A stretch of 63,984 nucleotides of DNA, the filler included, from Reclinomonas americana ATCC 50394 (lineage: Eukaryota), in the NCBI GenBank assembly GCA_048213135.1. It is 10 parts of 5 records of this genome, joined end to end, with 100 filler letters (N's around TTAATTAATTAA, not from the genome) between each part and the next. Parts side by side here need not be neighbours in the genome. Positions count along the whole stretch, not along the records: positions 13,045 to 26,020 come from PS015360.1; positions 26,121 to 31,651 come from PS015363.1; positions 31,752 to 36,968 come from PS015364.1; positions 37,069 to 42,426 come from PS015364.1; 6 more parts are not named here. One strand, given 5' to 3'. Below are positions 25,712-38,308 of the stretch, piece after piece (position 1 is the first letter of the stretch; each line of letters starts with the position of its first letter). The notes under the pieces were generated by a model. That model ran no database searches. It had not been told where the DNA came from and saw nothing but the letters and a program-made list of their open reading frames with translations. A program made the translations under genes and the position numbers.

Positions 25712-25930
25712 ATGAGCGACAGAAGACCATTCCTTCGTCGTGGTGCGGCCTCGCTGTCCTCGTCAGCACGAGGCGGGCCGTCTCCCCGACGCAATGCTCC
25801 ACACACTGGCGGTGGAAGCGGTGGTCGTCCCAGAGGAGGAGGAGGAGGTCGCGGAGCATCCACACCCGACTCCTCACGCGGTCGCTACATTCCTCCCTCA
25901 CAACGCGTACCTTCCTCTGCAGCAGTGCAG
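25712..25930 (+). CDS. First exon of an RG/G-rich protein, truncated by the scaffold end
   Basis: MSDRRPF...GGRPRGGGGGRG...GRYIPPSQR followed by a G|GTGTGC donor. Confidence 0.4.
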
Positions 25931-25960
25931 GTGTGCTCTCTCTCTACCTTCCACTCTCTC

Positions 25961-26011
<51 letters not shown>

Positions 26012-26120
26012 ACTACTACTNNNNNNNNNNNNNNNNNNNNNNNNNNNNNNNNNNNNNNNNNNNNTTAATTAATTAANNNNNNNNNNNNNNNNNNNNNNNN
26101 NNNNNNNNNNNNNNNNNNNN

Positions 26121-26783
26121 GGAGATCAATGAGGATCTGGAGGATGCCAACATGACCGCCGATTCGGTGGCGGCCATTGTCACCCGCGCCTTCAAGCAGC
26201 TGCTCAAACTGCCGCTGCTCAAGCCCGGTGTGCCTGAAATCACGGCCGCGGTGCTGCAGCAGCAGTACAACATTCCCAAGGACATTCTGGCGGCCTTCAC
26301 CGGCAACTTCACCGGCGGTGAGATGAAGTGGTCAGCCACTCCGCGCGCCACCGCCTGCTCCAATGGCTCAGGCAGCGCCGCGCTGCCGGCTCCCACCATG
26401 TCGTCGTCGTCGTCGTCGTCGCCGTCGGCGTCGCAGCACCAGCCCAACGCGCTGTCGCACTTGTATCTGTGGTGCCCGATGGCGTACCCGCTGATGCCGG
26501 AGCAGAAGACGGCGTCGTCGATGCACGCGGACATTGACACGAGTGGGGTGAGTGGGGAATCGAGAAGAGAGAGAGAGAAAACAGCTTGTGGATTTCTTAA
26601 GTGATCACTCATTCTCATTCTTGGTCTCTCTTGCAGCCACTCACACTGTCGATCCTTGTGCCGGCCACACTGGTCGACGAGGCGCTGAAGACGCTGGCCC
26701 CCGATCGCCAGTTGTCTGTGGACCCGGAGACACTGCTGGGACCGCCGTCGGCGCAGTTCCTGGAGGTCAAATTCACCGTGTCG
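26121..26783 (+). CDS. Hypothetical protein fragment (two exons visible)
   Basis: Strong GC3 coding bias; donor GTGAGT near 26548 and acceptor TTGCAG near 26636; no family recognised. Confidence 0.55.
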
Positions 26784-27060
26784 NNNNNNNNNNNNNNNNN
26801 NNNGCACACGCACGCACGCAGAGAAAGAGAGAGAAGAGAGAGAGAGAGTGTGTGGTGAGCAATCACCCTCGTCTCAGCTGACTCCTCTTTTTCCCCTTTC
26901 TTTCTCTCTCATCACACTCCGTTCGCTGACATGCGCTTTCTCCTTCACACAGAGTCACCGCCAACTGAGTGCGTGCGCACAAGACGAAAGGAGCGTGTGT
27001 GCGAGTGTGGATCACTCGCACACTCACTCTCTCCCCACTCACTCACTGATGCAAGTCGAT

Positions 27061-30000
27061 ATGGATGCGTACGAGGAGGTGCGACTGCCCTCTCGCCCTC
27101 TCTCTCTCTCTCACGCACTCTTTCTCACACACATGTGCACACACACAGGTGACAGTGGCGGAACTAAAGGGCCGCCTTCGATCACGCGGACTGCGTGTGT
27201 CGGGCACCAAGCGGGAGCTCATTGTGAGATTGCTGGAGGCTGGAGACACGCAGGAGGTGAGCACACACACACACACACACACAGAGGCCATGTTGTCTTT
27301 CTCTCTCTCTCTCTCTCGTCCTCTTTGTGGAGTAGAGAGCAAAGGCAAGCCGGGGAATATATGCAGTGTGAGAACGCGTTTGCTGCGTGCGTGCGCGTGT
27401 GTGTACATGTGGGCACATGCGGTCTCTGTGCGTGTCGTGTCATCAGTGTGAGGGAGGGAGGGAGAGAGAGAGAGCGAGAACATTTATGCGGGATCTTTTG
27501 CCTCATTCGTTTTCCCTTGCGCATTCGTCTCTCTTCTCCCCTCTTTCTTGCACTCTATGTGTGTATGTGGGGCTGTTGGTGTGCATGCGTGTATATGCGT
27601 CACTTTATTCTTCTTGCGGCGGCGAGGAGACACCTTGTTGTGGCACAATGACGAGTACATCAATAGTGTTGTTTTGGCGATGTGGCTCCGAGGCGGCATC
27701 TCACTCTCTCTCCTATCCCCGCTTGTCTCGTCTCCCCTGCTGTGTCTCGTTCGGCATGCAGCGTGAGCGCTTCTTGATTCCGTGTGCGCGTGAGGCGGAG
27801 AGGAAGTGCAAGAGAGTGAGAACTGTATGTTCGCGATGTGTTAAGCTTTTGTTTTTCCTTTTGTGACGCACTCGGTGTTGTCTCGCGCTGTCTGTTTGTG
27901 AGCGAGTGTGGCGGTAGGTGTGAGGCGCAGAAGAATTGTTGCACGCGCGCACACGCAGGTGTCAGAGAAGCGGCCTGTGGGGCAGCACGCGAGTGTTGCG
28001 GCCGCTGAAAACGCACTTCCTACCATAGATGGAAGGCAGTGAGCGAAAGTCGGCAACCATTTCTTTTCTCCTCACTTGCCCTCGTTGTGCCGTGGCTGTG
28101 CCTGCGTGCGCACACGTACATGCATGTGCCGTTACTCATCTGTGATGCACTCTTGCGCAGGCCATTGTGGCATCTGGAGGAACCAGATGGAAATCATGGT
28201 TTGTTTGCTCATCATTTTGCCTCCTTCTGGCGCCCGCCCTCGTGCTGTTTGTTCCTTTTCATATGTGTATGTGTGTGTGTTGTCGCTGTGTGTTCATGCA
28301 TGTTGTTGGTGTGGTGGCTGTGCACGCTGCAGTGTCCTGCACGCTGCCTTGCAATTATTCGCTTCCTTTTGTCGCCTCATGTATTCCCTTTCGTGCTGTA
28401 TGTGTATGTTATGCGCGTGATGTGGACGCCTCTTCTCCCCCGCTTCTCTCTCTATGTGCACACCTCATGTGACGTAACCCACCTCGCGGCGGCGGGGAGT
28501 GGAGGGTGGGCTTTACGCAAGCATTTCCGGCGCACGCTCCCGCCTTTCGCGGTTTTGCGCATGGCGAATGCACACGCATCCTTTTCGTTTTCTTGCATGA
28601 CTCTGGTCTCTTTGTGTTTGTGTGTGGCACATCCTCTCTGTGGAACGTGTCGTGCCGTCGGCTAATCCCCCTCTGTCCCTCTCCCTCCCCGCAGTGAGAC
28701 GGATGGCAGTGGTGGAACAATGGTGACGGTGACCAAGACACCGGGATCAGGAAATGGCAGTGGAACGGGATCGCCGCCCGGCCAGGAGTCGCCGCCAACG
28801 ACGAAGATAGAAGGCGGCGGGAAGTTGACGCCGCGAAAGAACAGTGGAAGTGCGGCTTCGATCACCATCTCCATTACTGCCTCGCCAAATGGTGCTGCTG
28901 CTGCGACAAACGCATCGGCAGCAGCCACTGGCTCAAGCGGCGAGACCATGGCGCAGCGGATGACCAGCGTGGGAGGCAGGCGAGAGAACTTTACTGCACA
29001 CTTCCAGATCAGCGGCAACAGCACGAGTAGCACAGTTGTGTGGTGTTTTTTTTCCTTTTTCAGTCCTGTATCCGATGACGATTGGGCTTTTGTTTCTCAC
29101 TTTTTTGCGTGATGTGCAGCCCGGTGAACCGCCATCGAAGATGCGCAAGACTTCGCCGACATCCACTGCCGTTGACCCGGCCATTACTGGCGTGTCGCCC
29201 GGGCAGTCGTTCATGGGGCGCATTCCGCAGGCGGTGCCGCACGCTGCCCCCAAACAACAACAGCAGCATCAACACCACCAACAAGTACCAGTCGTCATAC
29301 CGCCCTCCACGCGCACGCCATCCCCATTCATGGTGGCGGCCAACCTTGGTCTCACTCCCCCGGGCTCTCCGAGCCAGGCGCCCAGTGTCCATCGCCACAA
29401 CATGCGTTCACGGCAGGTGGCACCCCTAATTGATCAATCGTCGCCTCTGGGAACACCGTTGCCGGGCGTCGTGGGTGCCATTGGAGGTGGTGTGGGTGGT
29501 GCCAGCGGTGGTGTCAGTGGCATTGTTGGTGAGTGCATGTAGGCAGCGGTCTGTGGTGTTTGTGGACCACCCTCACAGTTGTCTGTGTGCAGGCTCGAGG
29601 CATGCGTTTGGTATGCCGCCGGTTTCCACACTCACTCCACCACCTTCACTGCTGCAACGATCTGCTCGAAGCGAGGTATGTGCTTGCGTTGTGCTCTTGT
29701 TCCTCTCGCCGCGTGTGTGTCACACGTGTTTACCGTGCACTCCAGCAGCAGCAGCAGCAACAGCTGCCGGCCTTGGCGCAACTGGCTGCGTTTGCTGCGG
29801 CCGAGAACGCCACATCCACCTCCTCTTCAATGCCAGCTGCAACACTAGGCAATGGGCCAGCAGCGGCGGCAGCGGCAGCTGCAGCGGGCATTAGTGTGGC
29901 TCCGACGCTGGCCAGCATTCCAAGTCTGGTGGCCGGTGCCGGTGTCGCCGGTGGCATCCTTCCTCCGTTGACATCGGCTGTGTCAGCTGGGTCGATCGAC

Positions 30001-31492
30001 CCGAGCTCACTGTCGCTGCTGATGGATCAAAGAGCATTCCGCAGCAACGACAGCCTCTCAGCATTGTTCGTTCCCCTTCGGTCGCGCGGCGGCAGCGGCG
30101 ATCTGTCGTCGTACGCCATGTCGCGATCGCATCAGTCACGTGGCGGTTCCGGCGACCTGTCGGCATTTGCATTGTCGTCCACTGCTGTGCGTCCCGTGCA
30201 CGGCAGCAGCGAATTTGCTTTGTTTCCACGGTCGCAAGGCGAGAGTGGTGACTGGAGTCAGTTGATGCTTCGAACTGGGCGTGGTAACAGCGGCGATTTC
30301 ACCGGCGTCTTCAATCCGACCACGCTCAGGCCGAGTCGCGGTGGCAGTGGAGATTTGTTGGGTGTGAGCGGCACGCTGGGTCGCACACCACGTGGTGGCA
30401 GTGGCGACCTCTTCCCCAGCAACTTCTCACCGGTGCTGCTGCCCAACTCGGGCAACTCGTCTCCACCACCGCCATTCTCGGCCGCCAACCCTCTCGATGC
30501 TCAACAACAGGCCGCGCTGCAACTGGCTCAGTCGCAGGCGGCCCTTGGTGCAAATGCGTCGATCGTGCCGGTGTCACAGGGCAAGGGTGCGCCTCCACCC
30601 GTCGCCGCCGCCGCTGTCGGTGGCGGTGTCGAGTTGAATGCCTGTGCTCGGTGTGCAAGACGGTGGGGCTTGACTGTGACCGACGAGTTTGCCAAGAGCC
30701 CGTTGTGGGAGGCCTACGAGACGGAGAGAAGAGCACTCGACGAGCAGCCGCCGAGCCAGACGTCGCAGTTCTACTTGGAGATTATTCGTGAGGCTGTGTT
30801 GCTGGCGTTGCGGGAGACGAGTTGCGTGCTGCGCAGGTCTATTGTCACGCTCTCGCTTGCGCGTCCTCACGTGTGCACTGTCGCGCGCAGCCCTGGATCA
30901 CAGCACGCAACAAGCAGTGAGTCAGTCACTGTACCTGCTGTCGGTGCACATCGAGTCGGACGAGCAGCGCACGGTGGCCAATGTGGTGACATGTCGCTTC
31001 CGTCTGTACTCGCTGCACTCGCCCAACTCGGCCGACATTGAGTGGCACTTTGAGCAGCAGTCGGCCAAGCCGGCGCTGCAGAGACTCCGTGTTCTCTTGC
31101 GTGTCCCTGAGGATGAATCACCGGCGGCCGAGCCACAAATGCTGGAGTTTGTGAGCCTGCCGGACTCGTCCAAGCTGGCCGACATTCGCATGCTGGACCT
31201 CGTGGGCCAGCACGTGTTTGGCAGTCGAACGTCGTCGCCCACTTCACGCATGCCATACATTGGTCTTGTCGGTCTGTTGGTGGCTGTCACTGGCACCGTC
31301 AATTGCGACGTGTATCCTGCGGAGGCGTGCTCGCACATGGCTCGTGAACTGGTGGTAAGTGTGCACGCCAATGATGATGAAGATGATGATGTTAGTGTGT
31401 TGCTCACATTCGTTGCGTGCCATGCAGTTGGCACAAACACAACTAAGAGCTGTGAACTAGCCGTGACGGATGGCCGTGGTGGGGTGGTGTGA
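27061..31492 (+). CDS. SAP-domain protein with a long low-complexity region and repeated RGGSGDL motifs; exon linkage partly uncertain
   Basis: MDAYEE|VTVAELKGRLRSRGLRVSGTKRELIVRLLE is a SAP motif; downstream exons 28695-31492; joining needs a phase 0-to-2 exon (candidates near 27959 or 28161). Confidence 0.55.
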
Positions 31493-31784
31493 AAAAATGT
31501 GTGTTCAGTGATGTGTTGTGTTGTTGTTGTTGCAGAGAAAAAAGGCGAGGATCCCAGCAAGTGGTGATTGATAATTATTTGTCATCGAGGGTTTGCTGTC
31601 TCTTATTTTTTCTTTCTTTCTCCCCTAATGTGAATGCGTATCCCGTGCCGANNNNNNNNNNNNNNNNNNNNNNNNNNNNNNNNNNNNNNNNNNNNTTAAT
31701 TAATTAANNNNNNNNNNNNNNNNNNNNNNNNNNNNNNNNNNNNNNNNNNNNTCTCTCCCTCGCTCTCTCTCTTCTTTCGCCTAC

Positions 31785-32021
31785 CTCGGTGATCACTTGC
31801 ATGCCATTGGCCAGATCGGTGACACGCACACGACCGGCCTCCGACAGACTGTCGAGCACAGCTGCATCGTCCCACACCACAGACGACGAGGTCGCGTGCG
31901 ATGGCGCTGCAGTGGCGGGTTTCGACAATGGTGGCAGACTTGTGCCGCTGCTGTTGGTGCTAATGTTGCTGAACAGACGTGCTGGCGGTCGCAGCAGCCG
32001 TAGCGCTGATCGCAACAGCAT
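31785..32021 (-). CDS. N-terminal exon of a mitochondrial processing peptidase / M16 family protein
   Basis: Presequence MLLRSALRLLRPPARLFS followed by RVRVTDLANGMQVITE; truncated by the scaffold end. Confidence 0.65.
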
Positions 32022-32064
32022 TTTTCTCAATCAGCAATTGATGGGACACGCAGCGAGGACTTCA

Positions 32065-32987
32065 TTACATTATTAATGTGGTGGTGCTGGCGTGTTGGAA
32101 CCAGCTGCTGCTGGTGGTGGTGGTGGAGGAGGAGGATGCGATGTGTATGAAAGCATGCGAAGGACCTCGTCGATTTCGTGCAACTCTGCATGAGCGCGCG
32201 ATGAGACAAGTGGTGATTCGTTGTGAAAGAAGCACGGCGACGCTGCTCACCAGTGGCCGACGCCTGCAGCAACTGCAACTCGGCATGTGCGCTGTCGTGT
32301 ACACCAAGAAGCATAAGCATAAGAGAATACGCGAGGAAGCATCGACGTGCACGTACATGGCGGCAAACAGTCGAGCTGCGCTGGACACTGAGCGGCGTTT
32401 GCGGCTCGGTTGCAACTCTTCTTCCTCCTCCTCTTCCTCCTCGTCCTCGCCCTCGTCCTCTTCTTCTTGTTCGCCTCGCCTCCTCTTGCGCACACCGAAA
32501 TGCGAACGCACCTCGTCCTCTTCGCCTTCCTCCTCATCGGCCTCACTCACATCCTTCTCCTCCTCACCGACACGCAACGTACGCGCCACCCGCATGCTCT
32601 GCATCGCGTCGCGAACAAGCAGCGGCACAAACGCCGCCAACGCACCACGCACGTGCGCCAATCGCACACTCATTGCCGCGCGTTGCGTCTCCAACACGCG
32701 CAACGCCGACGCTGACAGTGACAGAGGACGACTGGTGCGCAGCGAAGCCACACCCAGTGAGGCACTGCGCAGTAGCCGCGTGTACGCTGCGCCCGCTTGC
32801 ACCAGCGCGTCCACTCGAACGCACAAGCTCACTGTATACATGTCAATCATTGAGAGTGAGATGACAAGTGACAGGTCTCTTCCCCGTTCCCTGCCAGACC
32901 GCTGCTGCTGGTGGCATCGACAGAGTCGGCGCGGCCGGTGGGCGGTGCGAGGTGAGCGCGCGAAAGCGTGGCCGCCCACTCTCTCAT
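32065..32987 (-). CDS. Hypothetical protein with acidic tracts and NLS-like motifs
   Basis: Long open frame with poly-E, RKRRR and SRKRR; exon structure not resolved. Confidence 0.35.
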
Positions 32988-33383
32988 TTTTTTAGTCAAT
33001 GTCGAGGGACAGTCGGAGCTGAACCCCGAAACTCCTTACCACACTTTCGTTTTCACCGGAACGCGAAGGTTGGTCGCACTGCCTGCTTTGCCTGTCTGTC
33101 TATCTCTTTGTCTCCCTCTCCGCGCCATCTCTTTTTGTGTGTGTGTGTATGTGTGTGGGGTGGATCATGAACGCATATGCATGCAAAGATGCAAAGATGC
33201 GGCGACTTGTCGTCTCCCTTGTCTCCGCCTCTCTGCCTGCGTGTCTGTGTGTGCGTCTCTCTTGTAAAGAAGCGAGGGCGTCTCTTCTTCTTCTTCGTCT
33301 TCATTCGTGTGCGCGTGCTTGCTTGCGTAATGTCCCGCATGTCGACTCACACGCGCTCTTCGCAGACTCTCCCTCCAACACCA

Positions 33384-34352
33384 ATGTCTGCTCACCCGAA
33401 GATCTTCTACTGGTACGTGCGCTCTCTGTGTGTTGCCATGCATTGATGATTGCGTTGCTCACGTCCGATACACAAAACAGGGGCATCAAGGCGTTGCGTC
33501 ACTTGTCTTGCTGACGTGTGCACACACACACTCTCACCTCACGCTTGCACATGCGCAACAGTCGCGCCCAGCTCCCCATCCTCATCCTCGCCGCTGGCGG
33601 TATTGAGTACGAGTGGTGCGTGGAGATCTGCAGCTTCTGTTTTCTTTGTGTTCCGGCACGCATGCTCACCGTTCATTCGTGCAGGGACCAGTCTGGTGGC
33701 AACTGGCCGGAGCTGAAGCCGCAGACGTTGCGTCTGCAGCTGCTGTTGCTTGCTCTCTCACCCACCTGCATGTCTCACTCACTATGCGCTCCCTGCGACA
33801 ACAACTACAGTCACTTTGGACAGCTGCCGTACATGGAGCACGGCAGCATCCGCGTGTCGCAGTCGATGGTTTGTGTGTATATGCCTCACTCGCCTCCACG
33901 TCTCCATCGTCACTCATTCCCCATATGTGCGCGTGCAGGCCATTGCCCGCTACTGCGCTCGCCTGGCGGGCCTGGAGGGCGGCAGCGACTCTGACTTTGC
34001 GCTGTCGGAGATGCTGATTGAGGAGCAGAACGACTTCTACAACAAGCTGGCCGGCGCCATGTACGCGCCCGAGGCCACCAAGGCCGAGGCATGGGCCAAG
34101 TTCCTCGACGAGTGGGTCCCGGCTCAGCTGGCCAGCCTCGAGAAGATGCTGCCGGAGGGCCAGGACTGGTTCGGCTCGCGCCTGACCGCTGGCGACCTCG
34201 CCATCTTCAACGCCTTCAACCTGACCCTCGACATCAAGGGCGACATCCTCGACCACTCGCCCAAGCTCAAGGCTCACTACGAGCGCGTGCGCGCCCTGCC
34301 CCAGCTGCAGGCCTACTTCGACATGGGTGTGCAGCCGTACTTCCACAAGTAA
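33384..34352 (+). CDS. Glutathione S-transferase (sigma/alpha-like), 6 exons
   Basis: Spliced: MSAHPKIFYWGIKARAQLPILIL...WPELKPQTHFGQLPYMEHGSIRVSQSMAIARYCARLAGLEG...LTAGDLAIF. Confidence 0.92.
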
Positions 34353-34507
34353 GCCAAGAAGGAAAAGGGAGAGTGGCAGCGAGTGCTCTCTCGCCTCCAC
34401 CACCTCGCGTCTTTGTGTGAATAAACGATGATGCAACAAAAACAAAAAAACCCAACAACGACGGAACGTAGAAGGACAGCGTGAAATCAAAGCCGTTCGC
34501 CTCTTCC

Positions 34508-36968
34508 ATGAGCACAGGTGGTGCTGGTGCGTGCGCCGCCTTCTCTGTGCACAGTCGCCGTCACCCCGCTCGTGGTGCTGAACGTGAGTGAAAAACACAC
34601 AGGAGGCTTCAAAGGCTTTGGTGCCAGCGGTGGCTTCAAGCCACCTGGTGCCGCCGCAGCGGGAGGAGCACCGGCAGCAGGAGGTGCACCGGCAGCCACA
34701 GGCGGTTTGTCTCTCTGTGTGCACACGCGCCTGGTGCGCGCGCATTCGAAATTCATGTTGGTGTTGTCGCACACAGGGTTTGGTGCTGGTGGCTTCAAGC
34801 CTGCTGGCGCAGCGGGTGCTGGCACAGCTGGTGCCACAGGTGGTGCTGCTGCTGCAGCGCCTGCTGGAGGAGCAGCAGCAGCAGCAACAGGAGGTGCTGC
34901 AGGTGGGGGATTCAAACCACCAGGTGCGTGATTGCAGTGGTCGTGCGTGTGTGCGTGTGTGTGCGTGTGTGCGTGTGTGCATGCAGGCGAGAGTGTGTTG
35001 TGTGTGTGCAGCGTGCGCGCGCGTTGTCAGGGTCAGGGCAACTCTGAATGTGATTGTCATTCATTCATTCGCATTCGTTTCCCTTCGTGTCTTGTGTCTC
35101 TTCACAGGCACCGCTGCCGCTGGCACTGGTGGCGCTACTGGAGCTGCTGGTGTGCATGGTTTCATATCGCACGTGCGTGTGTGTCTCTTTCTCTCTTTCT
35201 CATTGTGTACCGATAGGTGGAGGCTTTGGTGCTGGTCGTGGTTTTGCTGGCTTTGGCAAGCCGCCGGGCACGGCAGGTGCTGCCGCGGGGACAGGCGCTG
35301 CTGCCACTGGTGCGCCGGCTGCTGGTGCTGCTGGAGCGGCGGGAGGCGCAGCGGTGCGACACGAGTGATGCGAGTGAGTCGGGTTGCAGTGCGTCTCACC
35401 AATCTCTGCAGGGCACAACGGCAGGAGCGGCGGCTGGCACAGCAGCAGCAGGAGGGGTGCGTCACTCACTCTCTCACTCTCTCCTTCTTTCTCTCGTGTC
35501 CTTTGTTGATGCTGACCCTGATCCTTCCCGTGTAGGCACCAAAGATTGGCGCCGGCGTGGTTTGTTGACAAGTGCACGGAGCTTTTCGATGTCACTCCCT
35601 CATGCCTTGCGTCGCGCACAGGCACCGGCGGCTCCACAAGTGCAGCTGCCCATGTACTTTGGCGAACCGTTGTACACGGCGGCGTGGCAGTCGGTCAACA
35701 ACGACACGAAGCTGAAGGAGATCAAGAGCGCCGAGTTGATGTCGCTGTTCAAGCATCTCGGGTCAGTGGCCCGCTCCCAGACCGTGTGTGCACTCTTTCT
35801 CACGCGCGCACCGCCACACCACAGCAACCACATCGACACGCAAGAGCAGGCGCGGCATGCGTTGGATCGTGAGATTCAGGACTTTGAGGTGGAGCTGAGC
35901 GAGATGGTGGAGCTGCGCGACCGCGTGCAAAAGGCATGTACTTGTTGTTGTTGTCTTTCTTCTGGCTGCTGCTGCTGTGGCATCTCACGCGCGGTGACGC
36001 AGGATGCCAAGCTGCTGTCGCACGAAGTGAGCAAAGAGCAGTTCACCGTCGACGCCTTGCACAAGGCCACCAAGATGTGTCTGGACGAGACCGATCGTGC
36101 CGTGCTGCAGCTCGGCCTCGTCAAGGACAACCAACCCGTGTCGTTCCGCTCACCGTCACCGTTGCGTTCAAGGGGAAGGAAGGGAAGGGGAAGTGAGCGA
36201 CTGCTGATCATGTTGTGTGTGGCGAACAGGTTCTTCAAGAATCTCGTCTCCGAGTTTGAGCAGCGCATGAGCTCGACGTGGCAGCAGATTGAAGAGGTGG
36301 GTGCGCAGCTGCAACCGACGTCGTCGGTCGCTGGTGGCGCCCCCGAATCGAACGGTGGTTTCACACCGCAAAGTGCGTGGTTTTTTCGTGCGCACACGGT
36401 CTTGTCTGTCGGCTCACACCCTGTGTTGCAGTGCTGAAGGAGATGCTGCTGGAGTTGCACCGCGTGATGATTGACCGCGCAGGCGAAGTCGATTTGCTGC
36501 ACGAGGACGTGCAGAAGCTCAAGGTTATCCTCTGCTGCGCGCTGGTCGCACCTGCAGTGAGCGTCGCTGACGGTGTGGTATACAGGATCAATTTGTGGTG
36601 TTCCGACGCGCGCACTTTGGCAACCCGGGAGTGGTGTTTTACAAGGATAGGCCAGCACGGCGCAGTCAGCGGCGCGCGGAGAGCGCCCGCACCATGGAGG
36701 AGCAGATGATGATGTACGGCATGATGCAACAGCAGCAGCAGCAAATGGGCATGCAGCAAATGGGTATGCAGCAGCAGGGACAGGGGCAGGGCCAAATGGG
36801 TGCATACGGTCGCGGAACTGGCACATTTGGGTATGTGCAACCGTGTTTCTCCATTGTGCGCGTGAACACCCACCCACCCACGCACTCCCAATCTGTGTGC
36901 AGTCGCGGCACTGGCTTTGGTGCTGGCGGTGGTTTCGGTCAGGGCGCAGCAGCAGGTGGTGGCGGATT
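34508..36968 (+). CDS. NUP58: FG-nucleoporin Nup58/Nup49-like; runs off the scaffold end
   Basis: N-terminal GGFKPPG/FG repeats; coiled-coil core SPSP|FFKNLVSEFEQRMSSTWQQIEEV...TPQ..LHRVMIDRAGEVDLLHEDVQ; C-terminal FG repeats. Confidence 0.75.
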
Positions 36969-37068
36969 NNNNNNNNNNNNNNNNNNNNNNNNNNNNNNNN
37001 NNNNNNNNNNNNTTAATTAATTAANNNNNNNNNNNNNNNNNNNNNNNNNNNNNNNNNNNNNNNNNNNN

Positions 37069-37839
37069 CGGTCGCGGCTTTGGCCAGCAAGGGGCGGCGG
37101 CAGGCGGCGGTGGGTTCGGTCGTGGATTCGGTCAGCAGGGCGCGGCGGCCGGTGGTGGCGGCTTCGGTCGCGGCTTTGGTCAGCAAGCGACAGGTGCAGG
37201 CGCGGGCTTTGGTCGTGGCACCACTGGCGGTGGATTCGGGCAGCAGGGTGCGGCAGCGGGTGGCTTTGGTCGGGGTACCGGTGGATTCGGAGCTGGCGCC
37301 ANNNNNNNNNNNNNNNNNNNNNNNNNNNNNNNNNNNNNNNNNNNNNNNNNNNNNNNNNNNNNNNNNNNNNNNNNNNNNNNNNNNNNNNNNNNNNNNNNNN
37401 NNNNNNNNNNNNNNNNNNNNNNNNNNNNNNNNNNNNNNNNNNNNNNNNNNNNNNNNNNNNNNNNNNNNNNNNNNNNNNNNNNNNNNNNNNNNNNNNNNNN
37501 NNNNNNNNNNNNNNNNNNNNNNNNNNNNNNNNNNNNNNNNNNNNNNNNNNNNNNNNNNNNNNNNNNNNNNNNNNNNNNNNNNNNNNNNNNNNNNNNNNNN
37601 NNNNNNNNNNNNNNNNNNNNNNNNNNNNNNNNNNNNNNNNNNNNNNNNNNNNNNNNNNNNNNNNNNCTGGCGGCTTTGGTCGTGGCTTTGGCGCGGCAGC
37701 TGGAACGGCGGGACGCGGCTTTGGTGCGTTTGGGGAGTGTCTTTTCCCCCCAGTTCCTTGATTCTTATGTGTGTGTTTGTATGCAGGTGCACCGGCGGCA
37801 CCACCAGCCGGTCAGCCACCACCAGGCTTCCGGGTGTGA
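37069..37839 (+). CDS. C-terminal FGRG/FG repeat exons, probably the 3' end of the Nup58-like gene
   Basis: GRGFGQQGAAAGGGGFGRGFG... in the same style as 36900-36968; last exon APAAPPAGQPPPGFRV*. Confidence 0.55.
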
Positions 37840-38045
37840 GTCGACGACGCAAGACGGAGAGCAAAGAAGAGGGCAAGGAAGAAAGATTGAGAGAGAAATA
37901 GGCGAGAATGAATGTGACGACGACGATGTCCATCTATGCAAGTCTCCTCTGCGTCTTCGTCTTCACCTTCCTTACTTTTTCTATACTTGTTGTTGTTGTT
38001 GGACACTCGATGAAGAAAAAAATGGAAAAAAATGCAAAAATGTAA

Positions 38046-38118
38046 TGCCTTCGGCCGGGATCGAACCAGCGACCTTACGATCTTCAGTCGTACGCTCTCC
38101 CAATTGAGCTACGAAGGC
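38046..38118 (-). tRNA. tRNA-Phe(GAA), intronless
   Basis: GCCTTCG TAGCTCAATTGGGAGAGC G TACGA CTGAAGA TCGTA AGGTC GCTG GTTCGATC CCGGC CGAAGGC A; 73 nt, full cloverleaf, T-runs downstream. Confidence 0.95.
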
Positions 38119-38308
38119 ACCGTTGTATAACCATGAAGAATCGACCAGGCCCGCGCTGCTCCGCCACGGCGTACACGCTGTGGTGAGCTCCGGCCACTGC
38201 GCCGCCGCCGCCGACACGCCGATGATGCAGCATTCACAGTGGACTAACAAGGGCACCAACAAGAGGTGCCAGTGGGGGCTTCTACGATGCCAAGTTTACT
38301 GCTTTCTC

